32,000 bases of DNA from an uncultured Oscillospiraceae bacterium (lineage in GTDB: Bacteria > Bacillota > Clostridia > Oscillospirales > Oscillospiraceae). Numbering within the stretch: the first letter of the stretch is position 1; each line of letters opens with the position of its first letter. The stretch covers positions 36,276 to 68,275 of the forward strand of contig CAKTXA010000008.1 in assembly GCA_934631005.1 (NCBI GenBank), given 5' to 3'. The notes beneath the pieces were generated by a model. The model searched no databases and was not told the DNA's origin. It was given only the letters and a program-made list of their open reading frames with translations. Positions 23,750-32,000 of this stretch are shown piece by piece. Both the position numbers and the translations under genes were made by a program.

Positions 23750-24890
23750 CCGCCTTTCTGTTTTCCTCGTAATAGCGATAGCAGCTCACCTTGTGCGTGG
23801 GGCTGAGACTGATCTCACAGGGGTATTCGCCCGTGCAGCACGGAAGCTGCGACTCGCAGCGATCCTTAAAGTAGCAGTAGTCCGGCATGTTGACCGGGTT
23901 CGGCACCTTGCCGGGGATGGAATAGAGCTTGTCGACCTTTTTGCCGACCACCGGCTTGGACGCCATCAGGCCGATGGTGTACGGGTGGCACGGATGGGCG
24001 AAGATCTCCTCCGCCGTGCCCTTTTCCACGATCCGCCCGGCGTACATCACGACCACATAGTCCGCCATCTCGGCGATGACGCCGAGGTCGTGCGTGATGA
24101 GCATGATGGACGAATTGATCTTGTCCTTGAGCTGGCGCAGAAGGTCCAGGATCTGCGCCTGGATCGTCACGTCCAGCGCCGTGGTCGGCTCGTCGGCGAT
24201 GATGATGCGGGGATTGCAGGCCAGCGCCATGGCGATCATCACACGCTGGCGCATGCCGCCGGACAGCTCGTGCGGATACATCATGTAAACGCCCTCGCTG
24301 TTCGCGATGCCGACGGTCTCCAGCATTTCGATGGTGCGCGCTCTGACCTCTTCCTTCGTTTTCTGCGCGCCCTCGTGCAGCGCGATGACCTCGTCGATCT
24401 GCGCGCCGATGCGGAACACGGGGTTCAGGCTCGTCATCGGCTCCTGAAAGATCATGGAGACGAAATTGCCACGCAGCGCCTGCATCTTCTCATTCGGCGT
24501 TTTGGTGATGTCATACGCCTTGTCGCCGAGGTTCAGCCGGATGGCGCCCTCCACGACCTGCCCCTGCGGCCGCTGCAAAAGCTGCATGAGTGACAAACTC
24601 GTCACGGACTTGCCGCAGCCGGACTCGCCCACCACGCCGACGGTCTTGCCGATCGGCACGTCGAACGACACGCCGTCCACACTCTTGACAACGCCCGTAT
24701 CCGTGAAGAAATACGTGTGCAGGTCGTCAAATTCCACCGCGTTTTTGGCGTCGTGCATCGTGGTGAGGTATTCGCTTTCAGGCACGTTTTTGCGCTTGCG
24801 CTTTTTCTCGAATTGGTTCGTGATCTTGCGGTTTTCCCGGGAGATCCGCCGGGCTTCCTTACCGGAAAGGTATCCTTCCTGTTTTGCCAT
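23742..24890 (-). CDS. oppD: Peptide ABC transporter ATP-binding protein (OppD-like) with a basic N-terminal extension
   Basis: SD GGGAGGAG 6 nt upstream of the ATG at 24890. Walker [10 protein letters not shown], signature LSGGMRQR, Walker [10 protein letters not shown]. Confidence 0.85.
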   Translation of the reverse strand: MAKQEGYLSGKEARRISRENRKITNQFEKKRKRKNVPESEYLTTMHDAKNAVEFDDLHTYFFTDTGVVKSVDGVSFDVPIGKTVGVVGESGCGKSVTSLSLMQLLQRPQGQVVEGAIRLNLGDKAYDITKTPNEKMQALRGNFVSMIFQEPMTSLNPVFRIGAQIDEVIALHEGAQKTKEEVRARTIEMLETVGIANSEGVYMMYPHELSGGMRQRVMIAMALACNPRIIIADEPTTALDVTIQAQILDLLRQLKDKINSSIMLITHDLGVIAEMADYVVVMYAGRIVEKGTAEEIFAHPCHPYTIGLMASKPVVGKKVDKLYSIPGKVPNPVNMPDYCYFKDRCESQLPCCTGEYPCEISLSPTHKVSCYRYYEENRKAGE

Positions 24891-24908
24891 CGTGCGCTCC
24901 TCCCTTCC

Positions 24909-26456
24909 TTACCGCTTCATCTTCGGGTCGAATGCGTCGCGCAGACCGTCGCCGACGAAGTTGAAGCCGAGGACGGTGAGCAGCAGGCACACGCCCGCCG
25001 GGATCCAGATAAACAGATAGTTCGTCATAACGTAGGCGTTATTGACGTCGTTGATGATATTGCCCCACGACGCAAACGGGTACTTGACGCCAAGGCCGAG
25101 GAACGACAGCGTCGCCTCCGTCAAAATCGTCGAGCCGAGGCCCATCGTGCAGATGACGATGAGCTGCGGGATGACGTTGGGGATGAGGTGGCGGAAGATG
25201 CGGTTCCACACGCGGATGCCGCCGGCTTCCGTCGCCAGCATGAACTCCTGCTCGCGCAGGGACAAAATCTGCCCGCGCACAAGACGGGCGATGCCCGGCC
25301 AGCCGAGGAAGCCCAGGATCAGCATCAGGTAGACCATACGCGTCCACGAGTCGATCTTCATCGCGTCCATCGCTGAGCCGATGATGATGATGACCGGCAT
25401 GGACGGCACGCAGTAGAAGACATCCACGATGCGCATGATGAGGTTATCGACCCAGCCGCCGAAATAGCCCGAAATTCCGCCCAGCAGAATGCCGAGCGAG
25501 GCTTCGATCGCCACGACGATAAAGCCGATGATGAGCGACACGCGGCCGCCGTACATGAGCCGGGTCAGCATATCCATGCCGTTCGTGTCGGTGCCGAGCG
25601 GATGCTCCTTGCTCGGCGCGGAATAGCGGTCATAGACGTAGGTGTCTTTCATCTGCTTGACCGACCACACGTCGGTGCTCGCGTCATACACCATGTCGTA
25701 TTCCGCGGTCTCGCCGGTCTCGTCGGTATAGGTGAACATCTCGTCGCCGCGGTCGACCGCCTCTTCCAAGCGCTCGCGGAAGTCGCGTGTGATGACGATG
25801 GTGGGGTCGGCTGCCGACACGACGATGCGGGAGATATAGCCCAGCTCCGCGCCATCCTGCAGGATGTTGCCCGCGTCGTCCAGCTCATACGCCGCGCCGT
25901 CTGCTTCAAATGTGTGCGCGCCGCCTGCCTCCGCCCGCAGCGCCGCAAGACGGACCGCGAACGGGACGGCCTCGCCGCCGTCTACGGCGTTGATGAGGTC
26001 GCGGCTGGCATAGCCCATGACCTGCCCGTCCTGATAGACGGCGTAGGTATCGTCGCTGACGATCTCCAGCGTATAATCGACATCCTTATAATTGAATTCC
26101 GTCTGCCCCTTCTTGAACGCGTCGAGCGCCTTGCTCTGCGCGATGGAGCCGAACTTCTGCCCGTCCGCCACGACAAAGCGCATGGCGTCGTTGCGCGTAA
26201 AGCCGACATATTCCTTGGACATCTGCGTATAGGTGTAGAACTGCTCGTCCTGCCCGTAGGGGCTGATGACGCCGCCGAGGAAGGAGAACAGGAACATCGC
26301 GACCAGGATCGAAAGGCCGATCACCGCCAGCCGGTTGCGGAAAAACCGCCTTGCCACCAGCGCGCCCGGTGAGAGGACCTTGACGCGGCGGTCATCGTTC
26401 AGGGAGTACTGCTCCTGCGGCGTATTTTTTGCATCGTTCTGCTTTTTTGCGCTCAT
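24909..26456 (-). CDS. oppC: Peptide ABC transporter permease (OppC-like) with a large extracytoplasmic insertion after TM1
   Basis: SD GAGGGGGG 7 nt upstream. TM1 is followed by about 210 extra residues, then HPLGTDTNGMDMLTRL and the BPD-transporter core. 515 aa. Confidence 0.8.
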   Translation of the reverse strand: MSAKKQNDAKNTPQEQYSLNDDRRVKVLSPGALVARRFFRNRLAVIGLSILVAMFLFSFLGGVISPYGQDEQFYTYTQMSKEYVGFTRNDAMRFVVADGQKFGSIAQSKALDAFKKGQTEFNYKDVDYTLEIVSDDTYAVYQDGQVMGYASRDLINAVDGGEAVPFAVRLAALRAEAGGAHTFEADGAAYELDDAGNILQDGAELGYISRIVVSAADPTIVITRDFRERLEEAVDRGDEMFTYTDETGETAEYDMVYDASTDVWSVKQMKDTYVYDRYSAPSKEHPLGTDTNGMDMLTRLMYGGRVSLIIGFIVVAIEASLGILLGGISGYFGGWVDNLIMRIVDVFYCVPSMPVIIIIGSAMDAMKIDSWTRMVYLMLILGFLGWPGIARLVRGQILSLREQEFMLATEAGGIRVWNRIFRHLIPNVIPQLIVICTMGLGSTILTEATLSFLGLGVKYPFASWGNIINDVNNAYVMTNYLFIWIPAGVCLLLTVLGFNFVGDGLRDAFDPKMKR

Positions 26457-26471
26457 TTTGCAGCCCCCCTC

Positions 26472-27458
26472 TTACGAAATGCGCACGCGCGGGTCGACCA
26501 CGCCGTACAGAATATCGGTCAGGAGGTTGCTCGCCAGCGTAAGCACCGCCATAAACGACAGGTAGAACATCGAAAACGGAATATCGCCCGCCACCATCGA
26601 CTGATACGACACATAGCCGATACCGGGGATGGAAAACAGCGTCTCGGTGATGAGTGCGCCGGAGAACAGCCCCGGCAGTGAGCCGCCGATGATCGTGACC
26701 AGCGGGATGAGCGTGTTGCGGAAGGCGTGCTTGTAGACGACCTTCTTTTCCGTCAGGCCCTTGGCCCGCGCGGTGCGGATGTAGTCGGCGCTGAGCACCT
26801 CGAGCATATTCGTGCGCGTATAGCGCATATACGAACCGATGGACACGATGACGAGCGTGAGGATCGGCAGCACGAGGTGGTTTGCCTTATCGAGGAACTG
26901 GTGCCATGCGTCCAGCTGCGCATAGTCCCGCCCAACAAGGCCGAACAGATCGAACCAGCCGAGCTTGACGGAGAACACCAGCTTCAAAAGCGTTGCGAAG
27001 AAGAACGTGGGCAGCGAGATGCCGACCAGCGCGATGGCGGAGATCGTATAGTCCGTGCGGGAATACTGCTTGGTGGCCGCCAGCACACCCAGCGGCACGG
27101 CGATGAGCAGCGAGATCACAAACGAAATGCCGCCCATGATGACGGAAAGCCCCACGACCTCGCCGAACTTTGCGACCGCCGGGACGTTCCACTTCCAGCT
27201 GTCGCCGAAGTTGCCGACGATGGCCTTGGACAGCCACGTAAAGAAGCCCGGCACAATGTCCAGATCCAGACCGAACGAGGCGTTGAGCTGCGCCAGCCAC
27301 TCCTCATAGGGCTTGGCGCCCGGCGCCTGCGAGAGCTGGATCGCCATGGTCTGTGCAAACGAGGCGGGCAGACAGCGAAGCAATGCGTAGATGATGAACA
27401 TCACGCAGAACAGGATCAAGATCGACTGTAGGATGCGCTTGATGATGTAATTTCGCAC
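26472..27458 (-). CDS. oppB: Peptide ABC transporter permease (OppB-like)
   Basis: Start chosen at the GTG (VRNYIIKRILQSI.., canonical OppB N-terminus) with AAGGAAGGAA 10 nt upstream. The track start at 27569 runs through intergenic hairpins. Confidence 0.8.
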   Translation of the reverse strand: MRNYIIKRILQSILILFCVMFIIYALLRCLPASFAQTMAIQLSQAPGAKPYEEWLAQLNASFGLDLDIVPGFFTWLSKAIVGNFGDSWKWNVPAVAKFGEVVGLSVIMGGISFVISLLIAVPLGVLAATKQYSRTDYTISAIALVGISLPTFFFATLLKLVFSVKLGWFDLFGLVGRDYAQLDAWHQFLDKANHLVLPILTLVIVSIGSYMRYTRTNMLEVLSADYIRTARAKGLTEKKVVYKHAFRNTLIPLVTIIGGSLPGLFSGALITETLFSIPGIGYVSYQSMVAGDIPFSMFYLSFMAVLTLASNLLTDILYGVVDPRVRIS

Positions 27459-27525
27459 GTTTGATTCGTTCCTTCCTTGCGCGACCGGGTCGCGGTAGTG
27501 GTTGCGGCAATGCCCGAATATAGAC

Positions 27526-27664
27526 ATCCGGGCTCCTCTCGTATGTGCGCGGGGAGCCCGGATACCCACATTCGCAGCCGCTGCGGCTGTGAAATGGCCT
27601 AGAATACCTTGGCGTGGCTCAGCGAGCCGTTTCCGGCGCCCTGAGACGCCGGAAACGGCTGCTG
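27526..27664 (-). other. Cluster of stem-loops in the SBP-permease intercistronic region
   Basis: 11-bp stem atccgggctcc / ggagcccggat (27526-27563). 6-bp stem cagccg / cggctg (about 27575-27589). Stem of at least 14 bp agccgtttccggcg / cgccggaaacggct (27625-27660). Confidence 0.5.
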
Positions 27665-27702
27665 TTTTCAGTTGCTGGGAAGCGTTCCCGAAGGGATCGT
27701 CC

Positions 27703-30030
27703 TTACTTGGTCTGGATCTTGTCGATCTCGGACAGGAAGGTCCAGTACGGGGTCATATCCTGCGGGATGGTGCTGATGTCCAGACGCTCGGAGGAGAAGA
27801 TGGTCGCGTCGGAGCGCTGATAAACAGGCAGCTCCACGCCCCAGTCCATAATGATCTCCATGGCTTCCTTGTACATCGCCTTGCGGGCCTCCTGATCGGT
27901 GGTCTGACGGGCGGCGATGATCAGCTCATCGAGGTCGGCGTCGTTGATCATGTAGTAGTTCGTCGAGCCGCTGCTGTGATAAAGCTGGTACATATCCGGG
28001 TCGTTCGTGGACTGCCAGGCTGCGACCCAGCCTTCCGCTTCGCCGGACTGGTAGGACGCGTACAGATCAGCGGCATTCGCCATATCGTTGACGATCAGGT
28101 TCATGCCGATGGTCTTGAGTGCAGCCGCCGCGTTCGTCAGGACCTGGAACGTCGGGTGGTCGCCGTTGCCCTGCGCACCGATGTTGACGGTGTACTCCAG
28201 AGCTGCGCCTTCGGGAGCCGCGGTGAGCTTGCCGTCGGCAACAGTGTAGCCGGCCGCCTCAAAGTAGCCCAGGGCCGCCTGCAGCGCCGCCGCGTACTTA
28301 TCCTCGGTGCTCATGTCGTTGGAGTAGATGGGATCGCCGTTCACGTCGGTGGAATACGCGACCTTGTAGCCGTCGTCGGTGACCTGCGGGGCCGCCCAGG
28401 ACGTGTTGGAGATCGGGTAGTTGATGACGGAAGCGGTCTCGCCGTAGTAGGAGTCGATGCCCTCGTCGCGGTAGGCCGCGATGACGGTCATAATGGCCTT
28501 ACGCAGGTCCTTGGACTGCTGCGAGGCGGGATCCTTGCCGACCTTAACATTTTTGGCGCCCAGTGCCACATAGCCATAGCCGCGGTAGTCGATCAGGCGG
28601 GTGGTGATGATGGCGCCGTCATCGCCCTCTGCGCCGTTGATGTCAGCGATCTGATCGACGACCTCAAGGGAGAAGGACGGGTCGGAGATGTCAAGCGCAC
28701 CGGACTGCACGCCGGTGATCTTATCGGCTTCCTGCGACTCCTTCATGTTGACGTGGCCGTTCAGCGGCGCACCCAGATAGTAGTTGGGGTTGGCGTCGGT
28801 GTAGAACACGCCGTCCTTGTATTCCTTAAAGATGTACGGACCTGCGCCCATCGGAGCGCTGGTTTTTTCACGCACGATGCTCAGATCGCCCTTCGGGAAG
28901 CCGAAGGAGTTGTTGTCATAGTCATACAGGCTCACGTCGCCGTAGTAGTGCAGCGGCGCGATCTCCATCTGGAGCTGATAGATCGCGGTGGTAGACAGCT
29001 CGGTGGTGGTCAGCGTCATGCTGTAATCGCCGGTCTTGACGATGCCTTCCACGTGATCGACCGCCTCGCCGACGTTCACGGGCGTGGTGGCGTACGCATA
29101 CACATCCGCCGGGATCAGGTCAGCCAGCGCAGAACCGGCGCTCTCAGCCTCCATCGCGGAGAAGTTCCAGTCATACGCGTCGCCGATAGCCAGGAAGAAA
29201 TCCTTCGCGGTCGCGTCGTCCGCCAGCTTAAAGCCCCAGTTCTTGGCGCACGCGGCCACGGAATCCTCCGCGCTGTTAGCGCCCGCGGCGACCAGATAGT
29301 CAACGATCTCCTGCGCGAACTTCGCGCCGCCGTCATTGACCGCGTCCCAGAACGCCTTCGCCTGCTCCTCGGTGAAGTTAGTAAAGTCGGTGTTGTCCTC
29401 GCCCGCCGTAGCGATGAGCTTTGCGAGCAGCTGCATGGCGTTGCGGTACTCCTCCAGGCCGACGATGGGCACGGAGTAGAACGTCGCGGAGCCGTCATAG
29501 GTCGGGTCCATGTAGACGTACATGTTGAAGATGACGTCGTCGATGGTCATCGGGGTGCCGTCGGAGAACGTGATGTCCTCGCGGAGCTTGATGTCATAGG
29601 TGACGGTGCCGTCATCGTTTTCAGTGACGACGCAGTCGGCCGGGCCATAGTAGGTGTAGTCCGTGCCGTTGTAGCTGCGGGTCTCGCCCTCGATGCCGTT
29701 CAGGACCATCTCGCCGCGGCGGTCAGCGCCCAGCAGAGCAAGCTGCGTGAGGGCATGAGCGGCCTGGTCGGCAGCGCAGGCAGCAAAGAACGGGCTGAAC
29801 TTGCCCTCAAAGCCGGTCTGCGCGACCACGATGGTGCCGTCGGTGTTGCCGGTGGGCTCGTCCGCGGTGTCCGTCGTGTCCGCCGCGGGAGCGTCGGTGC
29901 TGGCGTCCGCGGGGGCGTCCGTCTGGCTGCTCTTGTCGTCAGTCGTCGTCTTCCCGGCGCAGCCGGCAAGCAGGCCGAGGCAGAGGACGAGCGCAAGGAG
30001 CAGTGCGATGAGCTGCTTCATGTGTTTCAT
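27703..30030 (-). CDS. Family-5 (peptide/nickel type) ABC substrate-binding lipoprotein, unusually large (775 aa)
   Basis: Start [24 protein letters not shown] (lipobox) with GGAGG 7 nt upstream. Thr/Asp/Ala-rich linker. SBP_bac_5-like blocks are present ([17 protein letters not shown]). Confidence 0.85.
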   Translation of the reverse strand: MKHMKQLIALLLALVLCLGLLAGCAGKTTTDDKSSQTDAPADASTDAPAADTTDTADEPTGNTDGTIVVAQTGFEGKFSPFFAACAADQAAHALTQLALLGADRRGEMVLNGIEGETRSYNGTDYTYYGPADCVVTENDDGTVTYDIKLREDITFSDGTPMTIDDVIFNMYVYMDPTYDGSATFYSVPIVGLEEYRNAMQLLAKLIATAGEDNTDFTNFTEEQAKAFWDAVNDGGAKFAQEIVDYLVAAGANSAEDSVAACAKNWGFKLADDATAKDFFLAIGDAYDWNFSAMEAESAGSALADLIPADVYAYATTPVNVGEAVDHVEGIVKTGDYSMTLTTTELSTTAIYQLQMEIAPLHYYGDVSLYDYDNNSFGFPKGDLSIVREKTSAPMGAGPYIFKEYKDGVFYTDANPNYYLGAPLNGHVNMKESQEADKITGVQSGALDISDPSFSLEVVDQIADINGAEGDDGAIITTRLIDYRGYGYVALGAKNVKVGKDPASQQSKDLRKAIMTVIAAYRDEGIDSYYGETASVINYPISNTSWAAPQVTDDGYKVAYSTDVNGDPIYSNDMSTEDKYAAALQAALGYFEAAGYTVADGKLTAAPEGAALEYTVNIGAQGNGDHPTFQVLTNAAAALKTIGMNLIVNDMANAADLYASYQSGEAEGWVAAWQSTNDPDMYQLYHSSGSTNYYMINDADLDELIIAARQTTDQEARKAMYKEAMEIIMDWGVELPVYQRSDATIFSSERLDISTIPQDMTPYWTFLSEIDKIQTK

Positions 30031-30063
30031 TTTCAAACCTCCATACATTTATCACCAAGAGGC

Positions 30064-30109
30064 TTTCTCACAGCTTTGCTGTGAGAAACCGAAAGGGACG
30101 TCCCTTTCG
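30064..30109 (-). promoter_or_regulatory. Two adjacent perfect palindromes in the SBP 5' leader
   Basis: tttctcacagc-ttt-gctgtgagaaa (30064-30088) and cgaaagggac|gtccctttcg (30090-30109). Both lie between the candidate promoter and the SD. Confidence 0.5.
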
Positions 30110-30135
30110 CGCCCCGATTGGTCATTACGCTGATA

Positions 30136-30164
30136 ATTTTATCATGGAATCCCATCAAAATCAA
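30136..30164 (-). promoter_or_regulatory. Candidate sigma-A promoter of the peptide transporter operon
   Basis: Minus strand: TTGATT - 17 nt - TAAAAT with TGa (extended -10), about 105 nt upstream of the ATG. Confidence 0.5.
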
Positions 30165-30234
30165 CTGTGCTTTCGTTTTTTGTAAAAACAGGCGATTTAT
30201 TATGAAAAAAATTCAGATTTAGCGAAAGCTTGAC

Positions 30235-30768
30235 TCAAGCCCCCGCCTCGTCTGTACGGTATTCCATTCCCTTCACTTCGGCATACATCCGCGCGAAAAG
30301 TAGCGCCGCAGCGGCAAGGCAGGCGAAAAAAACGATTTTCGTCCAGCTTGCAGGGCTTCCTGTCAAAAGCGCGATCCCCTGCCCTGCGGCGCCGAGCGCC
30401 GACAGGATCGCCGCCGTCAGCGTCTCGGCCGGAAGACGTTTCACCGTCTGCGCATAAACATACGCGCGCAGCACGGGGCCGCCCCGCGTCCAGCGCGCCA
30501 GCGTCCAGAGGAGAACGCCGCACGCCGCCAGCGCCAGCATATACGGCAGCGTCACATACGCCGCCGCGCCCGCCGTGGCCCCGGGCAGGCAGCCTGCGGC
30601 GAGCAGCAGCACAAACCCGATGCCGCAGCGGAGCCAGAGGCTCCGCCGCAGCGCGGAATAGTCCATCGGTCCGGCGTAATGGCAGTGCGCGCCGCGGTAC
30701 TGATACTCGCCGTTCAAGTCCTTCTGAAAATCGTTCAGATAGCTCCGGCGATCCCGCTTGCCCGCCAT
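30235..30768 (-). CDS. Hypothetical 4-TM membrane protein
   Basis: The ATG shares its A with the TAA of the upstream peptidase gene (TAATG). Four hydrophobic segments. No recognisable family. Confidence 0.55.
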   Translation of the reverse strand: MAGKRDRRSYLNDFQKDLNGEYQYRGAHCHYAGPMDYSALRRSLWLRCGIGFVLLLAAGCLPGATAGAAAYVTLPYMLALAACGVLLWTLARWTRGGPVLRAYVYAQTVKRLPAETLTAAILSALGAAGQGIALLTGSPASWTKIVFFACLAAAALLFARMYAEVKGMEYRTDEAGA

Positions 30769-32000
30769 TACGCGATGCCCGTCAGGTCATAGGCGTCGAG
30801 CCACGCCTTGGCCGTTTCGCACACGCCGCGCAGGCAGCGCTCCTCAAACGGGCTGTCGAGACCGGCGTTTTTCAGCAGCTCCGTGAACGTGCGGCTGCCG
30901 CCCTGCTTCGTGTACGCCATATAGTGTGCCCAGGCATCCTTTGGATCCTTCTGGAGCATCGCCCAGAACTGCAGGCTGACCGTCTGCGCCAGACAGTAGT
31001 CGATATAATAGAACGGGCTCTGATAGATGTGCATCTGCCGCTGCCAGCCCTCGCCGTCACCGTAGAACGGGATGTCGCCGCCGAGCTTCATCCACGGCAT
31101 ATACACGCCGAGCAGCTCCTTCCACGTATCATGCCGCTGCCGCGGGGTCATGTCCGGCTTTTCGTATACGATGTGCTGGAAGTGGTCGACCATCGTGCCG
31201 TAGGGGATGAACGTCAGCGCGCCCGCCAGATGGCTGTAGCGGAATTTGCGCGTGTCCGCGCCGAAGAAGCCCTCGGCCCACGGCCAGGCGAAAAACTCCA
31301 TCGACATCGAGTGCACCTCGCAGCTCTCCATGCTGGGCCAGATCGTGGAATACGGCACGCGGTCGCGGTTCATCCACGCGGCAAACGCATGCCCCGCCTC
31401 GTGCGTCACGACCTCCACGTCGTGCTGCGTGCCATTGAAGTTGGCAAAGATGAACGGCACCTTGTAGTCGCCAAGGTCGGTGCAGTAGCCGCCGCCCGCC
31501 TTGCCGGGCGTGGACAGCACATCCATCAGCTCGTTATCGAGCATCATGTTGAAGAACGCGCCGGTCTCCGGCGACAGCTCCTCGTAGAATTTCTTGCCGT
31601 GCGCAAGGATCGCGTCCGCGTCGCCGCACGGCTTGGGGTTGCCGCTGCGGAACATGAGCGCGTTGTCGGCAAAGCTCATCGGATAGCTCTTTCCGAGCCG
31701 CTTCGCCTGCTCGCGGTAGATGCTGTCCGCCAGCGGAACGAGGTATTTGACCACTGCCGCGCGGAATTTTTCCACATCAGGCTTTCCGTAGCAGTTGCGG
31801 CCCATGCGGTAATAGCCGAGCGCGGTGTAGCCGCCGTAGCCGAGCTTTTTACCCATCGTGTCGCGCAGGTGGACCATTTTGTCGTAAATTTCGTCAAATT
31901 CCGCCTGATGCTCCTTATACCACGCGCCCTCGGCCTGCCACGCGGCGAGACGGCGTGCGTCGTCGGGGTCATTTTTGAACGGCGAGAGCTGCGAGATCGT
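30768..32000 (-). CDS. pepF: M3B-family oligoendopeptidase (PepF-like), 5'-truncated by the window edge
   Basis: HEAGHAF zinc motif. The frame stays open upstream of the listed Met at 31877 to the window end (..AWQAEGAWYKEHQAEFDEIYDKMVHL..). Confidence 0.8.
   Translation of the reverse strand, partial: TISQLSPFKNDPDDARRLAAWQAEGAWYKEHQAEFDEIYDKMVHLRDTMGKKLGYGGYTALGYYRMGRNCYGKPDVEKFRAAVVKYLVPLADSIYREQAKRLGKSYPMSFADNALMFRSGNPKPCGDADAILAHGKKFYEELSPETGAFFNMMLDNELMDVLSTPGKAGGGYCTDLGDYKVPFIFANFNGTQHDVEVVTHEAGHAFAAWMNRDRVPYSTIWPSMESCEVHSMSMEFFAWPWAEGFFGADTRKFRYSHLAGALTFIPYGTMVDHFQHIVYEKPDMTPRQRHDTWKELLGVYMPWMKLGGDIPFYGDGEGWQRQMHIYQSPFYYIDYCLAQTVSLQFWAMLQKDPKDAWAHYMAYTKQGGSRTFTELLKNAGLDSPFEERCLRGVCETAKAWLDAYDLTGIA

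Noticed and set aside
27459-27569. N-terminal extension of the OppB-like ORF (MGIRAPRAHTRG...)
   Set aside because: It runs through an 11-bp stem-loop and is Arg/His-rich. The GTG at 27458 gives the canonical OppB N-terminus and has an AAGGAAGG SD.
27502-30084. 860-aa ORF on the + strand
   Set aside because: It is entirely antisense to the well-supported SBP lipoprotein gene. The translation is Arg/Gly/Val/Asp-rich with no motifs. Long stop-free antisense frames are expected in GC-rich coding DNA.
30198-30216. CodY-box-like AAAAATTCAGATTT upstream of the peptide transporter promoter
   Set aside because: Aligned to AATTTTCWGAAAATT it has about 7 mismatches out of 15, which is no better than chance in AT-rich DNA.
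1-32000. Known defence system, prophage, toxin-antitoxin or secondary-metabolite cluster
   Set aside because: I recognised no nuclease, helicase, methyltransferase, TIR, STAND, Cas, integrase, capsid or terminase, nor any core biosynthetic domain, in any credible ORF. Apart from the candidate units flagged as features and findings, I found no other short ORF or repeat in the intergenic regions with expression signals.

Overview
GC-rich segment (coding third positions mostly G/C, short AT-rich intergenic regions) that looks like core chromosome of a Clostridia / Oscillospiraceae-type Firmicute; the taxon is an inference from protein families and GGAGG-type ribosome-binding sites (SD). I support about 27 protein genes, one tRNA, several intrinsic terminators and several sigma-A-like promoters.

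Gene order, left to right:
- 3' end of a membrane protein gene
- threonine aldolase, then a family-6 UDG (ATGA-coupled)
- minus-strand block: SPFH protein with C-terminal Zn-ribbons, double-Zn-ribbon membrane protein, TPM-domain protein, DUF2974 hydrolase
- ROK regulator
- citrate synthase, divergent from aconitase-isocitrate dehydrogenase
- tightly coupled minus-strand operon: DUF308, FtsH, DUF308, CrtO-like acyltransferase, GT28 glycolipid synthase
- orphan short ORF
- TetR regulator
- tRNA-Thr(GGU)
- heterodimeric ABC exporter pair
- peptide ABC importer (SBP-B-C-D-F plus a coupled 86-aa membrane ORF)
- a 177-aa membrane protein
- partial M3B oligoendopeptidase

I see no CRISPR array, transposase, integrase, phage gene or recognisable defence-system domain. 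The window reads mostly as housekeeping.

The least understood parts are:
1. the YdjI/G/H-like SPFH / Zn-ribbon / TPM module, present without pspA and next to a lipase-type hydrolase
2. the FtsH operon flanked by two DUF308 paralogs and fused to a glycolipid GT plus a CrtO-type acyltransferase
3. an atypically enlarged peptide importer
4. a 16-17 nt motif shared by two otherwise unrelated promoters

All family assignments come from reading the translations by eye and need HMM/BLAST confirmation. Coordinates of non-coding features may be off by 1-2 nt.
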